A DNA stretch of 52,864 nt, from positions 1 through 52,864 of the IMG/VR virus record IMGVR_UViG_3300030419_003351. The stretch is one strand, 5' to 3'. Shown one piece after another: positions 17,918 to 26,618 of this stretch (position 1 is its first letter; each line of letters opens with the position of its first letter). The stretch is from a virus (lineage: Duplodnaviria; Caudoviricetes). The notes below the pieces were generated by a model. That model worked only from the letters and a program-made list of their open reading frames with translations, was not told the DNA's origin and ran no database searches. The translations under genes were made by a program, and so were the position numbers.

Positions 17918-18115
17918 TTAGTTAAAGATAAATACGATACTATCATCACTGTGTATGATACGAAGTAAAGCATTCTTTACTTTCCATAAGTGTTCAAGTT
18001 CACCTTGAACGATTGACTTATTCCAATCGCCCAATTCATTCTTGTGTTCAACAATCTTATCTTCGATTGCTTTATCAGTTTTAGTAAGTTCGATTTGAGC
18101 CTGTGCTTTAGTCAT
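17918..18115 (-). CDS. small helical protein, paralogue B
   Basis: MTKAQAQIELTK...NELGDWNKS...LEHLW; promoter 18159-18187. Confidence 0.7.
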   Translation of the reverse strand: MTKAQAQIELTKTDKAIEDKIVEHKNELGDWNKSIVQGELEHLWKVKNALLRIIHSDDSIVFIFN

Positions 18116-18428
18116 GTTGTGTTCCTTTCAAGAACTTTTGTTTAATTGTTATACTAGTAGTATATACTAAGTATCGTCATTTGTCAAGAGCAATCTTTAA
18201 CTTTTTACAAAGTTTTTTTAGATAGCTCCAAGTAGCCAAAGCATACCATACAAGTAGCCAAGCATACCAAGCACAGCCATTGGTGAGATAACCACCAACA
18301 TAATAACCCAGTTAATAATAACATCTTTGATTGAGTTTCTTTCGCGTAACATCTTATTACCTTTTGTTTGTGTTAACTTCTTATGTCTTAAGTATATATT
18401 GTATATCGGCTATTGTCAAGGGGAATCT

Positions 18429-18599
18429 TTAACCATTGATGATATTTGTTAAAGTTTTTTTCCTATCCCATAACCGTTGCAGTTCATTGAATACGCAGTT
18501 CTTATTGAACTGTCCTAATTCGTTAGCGTGTTCAGCAACCTTTTTTTCGATGTTGCGATTTACTTTGAACAGTTCTAGTTTAGCTTCGTTGCGAGTCAT
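18429..18599 (-). CDS. small helical protein, paralogue C (56 aa)
   Basis: MTRNEAKLELFK...NELGQFNKNC...LQRLW; promoter 18642-18670; not in ORF track. Confidence 0.7.
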   Translation of the reverse strand: MTRNEAKLELFKVNRNIEKKVAEHANELGQFNKNCVFNELQRLWDRKKTLTNIING

Positions 18600-18994
18600 G
18601 TTGTGTTCCTTTCGAGAACGTTGTTTGATTGTTATGTCTTAAGTATACTATAGTTATCGTCTTGTGTCAACAGTAAACTTAAATTTATTTTAAAAAACTT
18701 TTAACTTTTGTTCTTAACTTCTTATTCTCTTATTATACATAGTATCGTCAAAAAGTCAAGGGTAAAAACAGCAAATCACAGAAAATTGTCAAAAAAAGGG
18801 GGTATTTTTCTGTTCGTTTTTTTTTACTCTCCCCTATTGACGAAAGACTGGGGTGGTTCAAACAAAATTGACCAAAAATATCTGTAAATGTCTTACCTAA
18901 ACCGCACCGATTGGCCCCTATATTGTGCATTTCGTTACTAAATTGTGTATATTTCTCCGCCCAACATTATAATACCGGTAGGAGGATAATAAAA

Positions 18995-19258
18995 ATGCCC
19001 AAAAAGAAAAAACCAAACAGAAAACAAATCGAATCTTTATTGACCGCTAAATCCAGCGAGCAACTAAAAAGAGAGATAGAAGAAGAACTCGCCCAAGAGA
19101 TAACCGACCCAGTAAAGTCCCTAGCTGATCTTATTGCTGAAGAAGAAGAGCGAAAGAAGGAAGACAAGATTATCGCCAAACAACGCTACAGAGAGCAGGA
19201 ATTAGAGACGATTAACTTGATGGACAGAGATGAACCAAAAGAAAGGTTTAGATTTTAA
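18995..19258 (+). CDS. charged hypothetical protein
   Basis: Start MPKKKK after AGGAGG RBS; first gene of the right arm. Confidence 0.65.
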   Translation: MPKKKKPNRKQIESLLTAKSSEQLKREIEEELAQEITDPVKSLADLIAEEEERKKEDKIIAKQRYREQELETINLMDRDEPKERFRF

Positions 19259-19779
19259 TGGATTTCCCAGAAGGAGTAGATAAAGATGAGGCCATAGCCA
19301 CAATCATGAAAATTTCTAAGAGATTGGCCCCTAAATATGTCTTTGCCTCATATGACGTAGAAGATATAGAACAGGAAGCCTTTTTAATTGGAGTTTCAGG
19401 ACTTAAGAAATATGACCCTACTCGCCCCCTAGAAAACTTCATGTACACTCATATCAGTAATAGATTAAAGACTTTTAAACGAGATAATTATTACAGACTA
19501 GACTATGGCACCGCAGCACAGAAAATACAAGACCAAAAGAGAAAACTCCTAGAACCCATAGACATTGATGCTCTATATAATATCTGTACTACAGACCACA
19601 CACATAATGACGCTCAAATAAATGAAATGCTCACCCTAATTGATCATAAACTACCAGCACATTTACGACGTGACTATCTCAAACTTCAATCAAACGCTTC
19701 TTTGCCAAAAGGCCGTAAGGCTATTATTATTGAAGCTATAGAAAAAATTATCAACGGAGAGTATGATGAAGAAGGGTAG
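19258..19779 (+). CDS. phage sigma70-family sigma factor (region 2, reduced region 4)
   Basis: DVEDIEQEAF...GLKKYDP...ENFMYTHISNRL resembles sigma region 2; only 173 aa. Confidence 0.7.
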   Translation: MDFPEGVDKDEAIATIMKISKRLAPKYVFASYDVEDIEQEAFLIGVSGLKKYDPTRPLENFMYTHISNRLKTFKRDNYYRLDYGTAAQKIQDQKRKLLEPIDIDALYNICTTDHTHNDAQINEMLTLIDHKLPAHLRRDYLKLQSNASLPKGRKAIIIEAIEKIINGEYDEEG

Positions 19780-20563
19780 ACTATCTAAAGAGGAGATGGC
19801 ATTTATCGAGGCGAATGCCGAGGTTCTTTCTCCAGACGATATAGCATCAGAATTGGATAGAGATCCAAATAGCATCCGTGATTGGATAGGTGAAAAAATT
19901 GGTTTCTCTGCGAAGCAAAAAAAGGAAGCTGCTGTAGCTAATGAACTTAAGTCTAAACCATACTATAGAGAGTTAATTCACCAGTTTAATCCTGAAGAGC
20001 TAGAAATGTTTGAGTTCCATTTCAAGAAAATGTGGAGCCAATTTAAAGATGATGTGTTCCATACAGAAGAGATGCAAATAATTGACACTATCAAACTCGA
20101 AATTCTTATGAATCGTATCTTAAAGAGCCAACAAGACAATCAGGGGCAGATTTCTACATATGAAGCATTGGTGCGAGAAGAAAAGGCGGTGGACAAGGAT
20201 CAAAGAGACATGGAATATATTATACAACTGGAGCGTCAGGTAGCCGTTTTAAGAGCCTCTCAGGAAACCCTATCCAAAGACTATAAAGATCTCCAAGCTC
20301 GTAAGGCGACGATGCTGAAGGATCTCAAGGGCACCAGAGAGCAACGTATCAAAGCGATTGAAGACAGTAAGCAAACTTTTGCTTCATTAGTGAAACAAAT
20401 CGCAACAGATGAATCTTTTCGTCTTCAAATAGGCATTGACATGGAAAAGATGCGATTAGCTATGGAAAAAGAGAAAGAACGTTTGTCGGAATACCATAAA
20501 TACGAAGACGGTGCTGTAGACCAACCGTTTTTAACGCCAGACACCTTAATCGAAGGGGAATAA
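19763..20563 (+). CDS. HTH plus coiled-coil protein, possible terminase small subunit
   Basis: N-terminal HTH-like segment (DIASELDRDPNSIRDW), long coiled coil, upstream of TerL. Confidence 0.45.
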   Translation: MMKKGRLSKEEMAFIEANAEVLSPDDIASELDRDPNSIRDWIGEKIGFSAKQKKEAAVANELKSKPYYRELIHQFNPEELEMFEFHFKKMWSQFKDDVFHTEEMQIIDTIKLEILMNRILKSQQDNQGQISTYEALVREEKAVDKDQRDMEYIIQLERQVAVLRASQETLSKDYKDLQARKATMLKDLKGTREQRIKAIEDSKQTFASLVKQIATDESFRLQIGIDMEKMRLAMEKEKERLSEYHKYEDGAVDQPFLTPDTLIEGE

Positions 20564-21019
20564 ATGCTTGAATTTTCTGCTTGGCTAGCAGTATGGATGT
20601 TTGTAATGGCTTTGATGGAATATTTAATCCACAGATACACTATGCACCGTAAGAGATGGTGGTTACCTAAATGGGTATGGTGGGATCATGCTATAGAACA
20701 TCATAAAAACGACAGAGACGATCTCAATATAGATCTACCACTGTATAACCATCTGATAGTTGGAAGTCCTCTTATTGTAGGGGCATACTTTATCGGATTA
20801 CCTTGTTTGTTAGCGTTACTAAGTACATTTATATTTCACTCGTACACTTGGACGAAATTACATCGAGGTATTCATGGCTTAGAACAAAACTGGCTAATGA
20901 AAACAAAATATTACGAAAAAGCAAAAAGACACCATGAACTACATCATCGAAGACCAGCTAAAAACTTTGGTGTTGTGTTCTTGTTCACTGACAATTTTTT
21001 TAGGACAAAAATGAAATGA
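20564..21019 (+). CDS. fatty acid hydroxylase/sterol desaturase-family membrane protein
   Basis: His boxes EYLIHRYTMH, HAIEHH, HRGIH, HHELHH...NFGV. Confidence 0.8.
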   Translation: MLEFSAWLAVWMFVMALMEYLIHRYTMHRKRWWLPKWVWWDHAIEHHKNDRDDLNIDLPLYNHLIVGSPLIVGAYFIGLPCLLALLSTFIFHSYTWTKLHRGIHGLEQNWLMKTKYYEKAKRHHELHHRRPAKNFGVVFLFTDNFFRTKMK

Positions 21020-22170
21020 AAGCACTTATATTTGGAATAACCGGACAGGACGGAAGTTACTTGGCCGAGCTTTTATTAAATAAAGGATATGAAGTAACAG
21101 GAGTGACTAGACGAGTAAGTGTCAGCACTACTTCTCGAATCGAACACATCCTGCATAAAATTAAAATTGTAGAGGGCGATATAACTGATGGTTTTAATGT
21201 CAGTAAAATAATAGAAGACTCAGAGCCAGATGAGATATATAATCTTGCAGCACAATCTCATGTAGGTACAAGTTTCAAGCAGCCTAGCTTAACGTGGGAC
21301 ATTACAGCAGGAGGAGTTCTTAATATACTGGAGGCAATTAGATATAGCTCTAGAAAAGACAGTATTAAGTTTTATCAAGCTAGTAGCAGTGAAATGTTTG
21401 GAAAAAACTATACAGTCAGCAAAGACGCTTCCTTGATGCTAGATAATATACTTGGAACTGTTGTGGTTGACGATCCGGGTGGTAAGGGACTATACGACTA
21501 TAAAAAATATCAAGACGAAGAGACTCCGTTTATCCCTCAGAGTCCATATGCTATCGCTAAACTCGCAGCACATCATTTAGTGCGTAACTATAGAGAGGGA
21601 TATGGTATTCACGGAAGCTGTGGTATTTTATTTAACCACGAGAGCGAAAGACGTGGGGAAAATTTTGTAACTAGAAAGATAACAAAGTGGATTGGTGAAT
21701 TTTATAACTGGTGTGAATATCAGGGGCTGGATGCAGATCCTAGACACTTTACAGTTGAAGACGATCACATATATAGCAACAGAGATGCTATCCCATGTCT
21801 TAGGCTTGGAAATCTAGACGCTAGACGTGACTGGGGACATGCAGAGGACTACGTTGAGGCTATGTGGCTTATGTTACAACAGGAAGACCCAGACGACTAC
21901 GTAGTAGCGACAGGCAAGACCGCAAGCGTAAGAGAATTTTTAGATTTAGCTTTTGGGTTCATTGGCGTTTCTGATTGGGAAAAATATGTAGTCATAGACC
22001 CTAAATTTTACAGAGCGGCTGAAGTAGACTATTTACTAGGAATACCAGATAAGGCAAAAGAAAAATTAAACTGGAGACCCAAGATAGACCTTAAACTCCT
22101 CGCAGAAAGAATGGTAGACTACGATGTCAAGAAAGAGAGATTACAGCGATCCAGCCTACAAACGCTTTAG
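21016..22170 (+). CDS. gmd: GDP-mannose 4,6-dehydratase
   Basis: GITGQDGSYLAE, YNLAAQSHV, QASSSE, SPYAIAK, NHESERRG, RDWGHA. Confidence 0.95.
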   Translation: MKALIFGITGQDGSYLAELLLNKGYEVTGVTRRVSVSTTSRIEHILHKIKIVEGDITDGFNVSKIIEDSEPDEIYNLAAQSHVGTSFKQPSLTWDITAGGVLNILEAIRYSSRKDSIKFYQASSSEMFGKNYTVSKDASLMLDNILGTVVVDDPGGKGLYDYKKYQDEETPFIPQSPYAIAKLAAHHLVRNYREGYGIHGSCGILFNHESERRGENFVTRKITKWIGEFYNWCEYQGLDADPRHFTVEDDHIYSNRDAIPCLRLGNLDARRDWGHAEDYVEAMWLMLQQEDPDDYVVATGKTASVREFLDLAFGFIGVSDWEKYVVIDPKFYRAAEVDYLLGIPDKAKEKLNWRPKIDLKLLAERMVDYDVKKERLQRSSLQTL

Positions 22171-22399
22171 GTCGGCTGTTCTTAAAAGAGATAAATATAC
22201 CTGCCAAATGTGTAATAAAAAAGGAAAGCGGGTTTGGCTGAATGTCCACCATATTATGAAGTGGAGTTCTGCTAGTACTTTAAGATACGATCCTGATAAT
22301 GGAATAACGTTATGTCGTGACTGCCATAAAGAGGTTACCGGCAAAGAAACACACTACATGTCATATTTTACTGAAAAAGTAAGGAGAAATAAAAAATGA
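22124..22399 (+). CDS. HNH endonuclease
   Basis: RDKYTCQMC...VHHI...NGITLCRDCH. Confidence 0.85.
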   Translation: MSRKRDYSDPAYKRFRSAVLKRDKYTCQMCNKKGKRVWLNVHHIMKWSSASTLRYDPDNGITLCRDCHKEVTGKETHYMSYFTEKVRRNKK

Positions 22400-22707
22400 G
22401 TTTAAAAGATCAAATTATTGATGCGGGTAAGGAGCTTGCATCTAGTGGAGAAAGTGCTTCCCAAATCGTGCCAGTAGGCAGTACCAACCCGTCTAGGGAG
22501 ATTACTGCTGCGAACGCAGAACTTGCGGCACTTGGTGTATCTTCATCTTGGGGTACTGACGAAGACGGCTTTGTTGTGAACTTGGTTAAGGGTGCAGTTC
22601 CCCCTGCTCCTGCTCCTGAGCCTGCTCCTGAGCCAGAACCAGAACCATCTGATGAAACTCCCGAAGATCCAAAACCTTCTAAATGGTCTTTTGGTGACAC
22701 TCACTAG
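22396..22707 (+). CDS. Pro/Glu-rich hypothetical protein
   Basis: 103 aa with PAPEPAPEPEPEP tract, in operon orientation. Confidence 0.6.
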   Translation: MSLKDQIIDAGKELASSGESASQIVPVGSTNPSREITAANAELAALGVSSSWGTDEDGFVVNLVKGAVPPAPAPEPAPEPEPEPSDETPEDPKPSKWSFGDTH

Positions 22708-23280
22708 ATGAGCAAGTATAAAGTTATAAAAGATACCAGAGAACAAGACGGTTGGTTTTTCTCTGAGTACGACAGATGCGAAGGCATGGAAGTGGGCACT
22801 CTCCATACCGGCGACTATACCTTAAAGGGATTTGAGGATGTTGTCTGTGTGGAGAGAAAAGCTTCTGTTTCTGAAATAGCAACGAACTTGGGGAAAAAGA
22901 AGAAAGCATTTTATAACGAAATGGAGCGAATGAAAGACTTTCATTTTCGTTATATGTTGTTAGAGTTTTCCGCTTCAGATGTTATAGACTATCCACTTAG
23001 CCTATTAAGTGACGAAGAGCGAAAACTATACGAATCATATAAGGCCGGAGAAGTAAACAGGCTTCCAGATTTCAAAAGATTTAAAATAGTGGAGCAAACA
23101 AGAATAACGGGAAAGTATTTAGTAAAATCCTTAATGGAGATTAGTATACGATATGATATAAATGTTATTTTTTGTGACAACAAGAACAATGCGTTTTTGA
23201 TTTGTAATAGTATTTTCAAGCGGCTGAATGATCTTTTTAGAGAGGGTTCAGATGACAAAGGAAACCGACCGAATAGGTGA
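22708..23280 (+). CDS. ERCC4-domain nuclease
   Basis: DTREQ, GDY, VERK motifs. Confidence 0.8.
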   Translation: MSKYKVIKDTREQDGWFFSEYDRCEGMEVGTLHTGDYTLKGFEDVVCVERKASVSEIATNLGKKKKAFYNEMERMKDFHFRYMLLEFSASDVIDYPLSLLSDEERKLYESYKAGEVNRLPDFKRFKIVEQTRITGKYLVKSLMEISIRYDINVIFCDNKNNAFLICNSIFKRLNDLFREGSDDKGNRPNR

Positions 23281-23878
23281 CATCCACTCTTACGGGTTGG
23301 ATGAGAAGAATAGGGAAATATTCCTACAAAACAAGGAAGAAACAGAAAATCCGGGCGTTGATTATAGGATGTCTCAGACGTTCTTAAAAAATATAAGAAT
23401 ATTAGAGCAGAATAGCAACGAACCGATAACTATATACATGCAGAGCGAAGGTGGATGCTGGTATGCGGGTATGGGAATTTATGATGCTATAAAGCAATGT
23501 CGATGCAAGATCACTATAGTGGCTTACAATCAAGTAGAGTCGATGAGCAGTATCATAATTCAGGCTGCTGATAAACGTATACTTATGCCTAACTGTATTT
23601 TTATGTGTCACTTTGGTAGTAGTGAGCTGTCTGGAGACTTCTTAAGTGCTCAAAACTTTGCTATGGTAGACAAAACAAATATGCAAAATATGGTAAATAT
23701 ATATGCAGAAAGATGTCATAAGTCAGGAGAATTCTTTAAGCAGAGGAAAGACTCTTTGTCTAAAGTTAAAACATATATAAAAAGAAAGATGAAAGATGGA
23801 GACTGGTATCTCACAGCAGAGCAGGCCGTACATTATGGATTTGTTGACGCTGTGTTTTCAAGGTCGTTAAAAATATGA
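23252..23878 (+). CDS. ClpP-like serine protease
   Basis: SEGG, SMSSII (Ser), FMCH (His), DWYLTAEQAVHYGFVD. Confidence 0.8.
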   Translation: MTKETDRIGDIHSYGLDEKNREIFLQNKEETENPGVDYRMSQTFLKNIRILEQNSNEPITIYMQSEGGCWYAGMGIYDAIKQCRCKITIVAYNQVESMSSIIIQAADKRILMPNCIFMCHFGSSELSGDFLSAQNFAMVDKTNMQNMVNIYAERCHKSGEFFKQRKDSLSKVKTYIKRKMKDGDWYLTAEQAVHYGFVDAVFSRSLKI

Positions 23879-25851
23879 AGGACAATAAACAAATTCTAGA
23901 AGACGCTTGGTTAGGAATTGACGTTGATGAATCTTCGTTGTTTAATCCTATGGATTTCGTGATGCAGGATTCTGACAATGACAAGCTACTGAAAAGACTA
24001 TCATGGCTTCTTATGCGTCCAGAGTACTTTTCGTTTGCGTGCAAGTATATCCTTAATGTTGAGCTTTCTCCCTTCCAGTCTTTATTGTTATACGAGTTAT
24101 GGAATAGAAAATTTCCAATGCTCATCGGTAGTCGTGGTATGGGTAAGTCTTTTATGCTTTCGGTATATCCTCTCTTGCGGGCGTTATTTATGCCACGACG
24201 ACAAATTATTATTGTGGGTGCTGCCTTTAGACAGTCTAAGGTCTTGTTTGAGTATATGGACACCATTTGGAAAAATGCTCCTGTACTCAGAGACTTGTGT
24301 GCTACTAATAGCGGCCCAAGGAGAGATGTGGACAGATGTGTTATGCATATAGGTCAAAGCCGCATAACATGCCTGCCACTTGGCGATGGCTCAAAAATTA
24401 GAGGCCAGCGTGCTAATGACATCATAGCCGACGAATTTGCGTCAATACCCCGTGACATTTTTGAAAACGTTGTTGCTGGTTTTGCTGCTGTCGCCTCCTC
24501 TCCTATTGAAAAAGTCAAACAAAAGGCCAAGGAAAAACGTGCCGAAGAACTAGGAATTCCTGTCAGCAAACCAGAACAAACTATGACAGACAAGTCTAAC
24601 CAAATAATTCTTTCCGGTACTGCTTACTACGATTTTAATCATTTTGCGGAATACTGGAAAAGATATCATGCAATCGCTTCTAGCGGTGGAAATATAACTA
24701 AATTACAGGAGGTTTTTGGAGGTTCTGTTCCCGAGGACTTTGATTGGACTGAGTATTCTGTAATAAGAATGCCAGTAGATAAATTGCCCGATGGCTTCAT
24801 GGATAGCGGTCAGATAGCTAGAGCTAAGGCCACAGTACACACGGGTATATATAATATGGAGTACGGTGCTATTTTTACCACAGACAGTCAAGGTTTCTTT
24901 AAGAGAAGTCTTCTTGAGTCTTGTACAACTTCTCCAACAGATCCTGCAAAGTTTCCCTCTGGCGAAGTGTGGTTTGAAGCGTCTTTAAAAGGGCAAGCCA
25001 ATAAAAAATATGTATTTGGAGTTGACCCTGCTTCCGAAGTTGATAATTTTAGTATAGTTGTTATGGAAGTTAATCCAGACCATAGAAAAATAGTACACTG
25101 CTGGACTACTACCAGACAACAACATAAAGATAAATTAAAGTCAAACATGGTTGACGAAGATGACTTTTATTCATATTGTGCTAAGAAGATCAGGAGTCTC
25201 ATGAAGGCTTATCCATGTGCAGAGATAGCATTAGACGCACAAGGCGGAGGTATAGCTGTTATGGAAGCTTTGCATGATAAAGACAAGATACCAGAAGGAG
25301 AGCTACCAATTTGGCCTGTGGTTGAAGAAAAGGCTAAAGACACAGATGATAACGCTGGTTTACATATACTGAGAATGTGTCAATTTGCTAGGGCTGACTG
25401 GTTAGCAGAGGCTAATCACGGACTAAGAAAAGATCTTGAGGATAAAATTGTACTATTTCCATATTTTGATTCAGCCAGTTTAGGAATTGCTCTAGAAACA
25501 GACAAGTCTTCAGGCAAAAAATATGACACGCTAGAAGACTGCGTGATGGAGATAGAGGAGCTAAAGGACGAACTATCTATGATTGTAATGACGCAAACAT
25601 CAACGGGTAGAGAAAGGTGGGATACACCGGAAGTTAAGACTGGTGCAGGAAGAAAAAGTAGGCTCAGAAAAGACCGTTACTCTGCTCTAATAATGGCAAA
25701 CATGTCGGCAAGACATATCTTAGTTGTAAAGGAAATGCCAGAGTACGGTGCGTTTGGTGGATTTGCTGGTGAGACCGGCTCTAGATTTAGTAGTGAGAAA
25801 TTGTTCCAAGGCCCATCTTGGTTTACAGAAAAAATGGACAATATTTACTAG
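23875..25851 (+). CDS. terL: terminase large subunit
   Basis: Walker A GSRGMGKS, Walker B IIADEF, nuclease FGVDPA, C-terminal KDRYSA. Confidence 0.85.
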   Translation: MKDNKQILEDAWLGIDVDESSLFNPMDFVMQDSDNDKLLKRLSWLLMRPEYFSFACKYILNVELSPFQSLLLYELWNRKFPMLIGSRGMGKSFMLSVYPLLRALFMPRRQIIIVGAAFRQSKVLFEYMDTIWKNAPVLRDLCATNSGPRRDVDRCVMHIGQSRITCLPLGDGSKIRGQRANDIIADEFASIPRDIFENVVAGFAAVASSPIEKVKQKAKEKRAEELGIPVSKPEQTMTDKSNQIILSGTAYYDFNHFAEYWKRYHAIASSGGNITKLQEVFGGSVPEDFDWTEYSVIRMPVDKLPDGFMDSGQIARAKATVHTGIYNMEYGAIFTTDSQGFFKRSLLESCTTSPTDPAKFPSGEVWFEASLKGQANKKYVFGVDPASEVDNFSIVVMEVNPDHRKIVHCWTTTRQQHKDKLKSNMVDEDDFYSYCAKKIRSLMKAYPCAEIALDAQGGGIAVMEALHDKDKIPEGELPIWPVVEEKAKDTDDNAGLHILRMCQFARADWLAEANHGLRKDLEDKIVLFPYFDSASLGIALETDKSSGKKYDTLEDCVMEIEELKDELSMIVMTQTSTGRERWDTPEVKTGAGRKSRLRKDRYSALIMANMSARHILVVKEMPEYGAFGGFAGETGSRFSSEKLFQGPSWFTEKMDNIY

Positions 25852-25913
25852 GTTGTGTATAACAATACAATCACCAATATAATTAGTAATGTTATTGATG
25901 GACATTAATCATA

Positions 25914-26618
25914 ATGAAAAAGATAGTTAGCTTTTCACTATATGGCAATAAGCCCTGTTATCAAGTTGGAGCTGTATTGAATGTTATAGAGGCTGCTAGG
26001 CTTTTACCGGATTGGAAGTGCAGATTTTATACCACAGACAATGATACTATGTGCAGACAATTACAGTATCTTGGTGCTGAGATTGTAAGAATGGATGACT
26101 GGCCAAGAGGCAACATGTTCTGGAGATTTTTAGCTGTCGATGATGCAGACATTGCGATCATTAGAGACACAGACTCAATAGTTAGCGAAAGAGAAAATGA
26201 ATGTCTAAAGCAGTGGTTAAAAAGTGACTGCCAATGGCATGTAATGAGAGATCATCGTTTTCATAACTGCGTTCCTATTCTTGGTGGAATGTGGGGATTT
26301 AGACGTATAGAGCATAACGATCCAAACAGAATAGACTTCCGCAAAAGGCAAATGTCCGATTATATAGCGGAATGGAGAACGGGTTATAATTGTTCAACAG
26401 CTAGACATGGAAAAGATCAGTACTTTTTAAAATGGCTATATGAAAACCATATAAGAGCGGATTACGGCGATGTTTTTAGACATGGCTATCAGGGGCACCC
26501 GTTTCCCGAACATAAACAAAATAGATATACTACACATATTGGCTGTAGTTCCTTCAAGGGTAACACTTGGAACTCAGGCTGTATACAAAAAATAGAACCA
26601 CCACTGGAGTTAAAATAA
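25914..26618 (+). CDS. putative glycosyltransferase-like protein
   Basis: SFSLYG, MFWRFL, RDTDS, HVMRDH, ILGGMWG, DQ motifs. Confidence 0.55.
   Translation: MKKIVSFSLYGNKPCYQVGAVLNVIEAARLLPDWKCRFYTTDNDTMCRQLQYLGAEIVRMDDWPRGNMFWRFLAVDDADIAIIRDTDSIVSERENECLKQWLKSDCQWHVMRDHRFHNCVPILGGMWGFRRIEHNDPNRIDFRKRQMSDYIAEWRTGYNCSTARHGKDQYFLKWLYENHIRADYGDVFRHGYQGHPFPEHKQNRYTTHIGCSSFKGNTWNSGCIQKIEPPLELK

Larger units (their letters stand above)
800..18759 (-). promoter_or_regulatory. array of ~24 sigma70-type early promoters (TTGACA-N16/17-TATAAT or TATACT, most with CGAT(A) in the spacer)
   Basis: Spans (-10 to -35, plus-strand coordinates): 800-827, 3182-3209, 4592-4619, 5121-5149, 7579-7607, 8980-9007, 10003-10030, 11439-11466, 11661-11688, 12543-12570, 12913-12940, 13273-13300, 14336-14364, 14503-14531, 15543-15570, 15889-15917, ~16027-16054, 17093-17121, 17333-17361, 17442-17470, 18159-18187, 18391-18419, 18642-18670, 18732-18759. 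All on the minus strand, at gene boundaries. Confidence 0.9.

Noticed and set aside
800-18759. Integron-type cassette array with attC sites
   Set aside because: The repeats are promoters rather than attC-like imperfect palindromes, and no integrase is present in the window
18911-18926. Third sigma54 site (TGGCCCC-TATA-TTGT)
   Set aside because: The -12 GC is missing and the -24 box is degenerate
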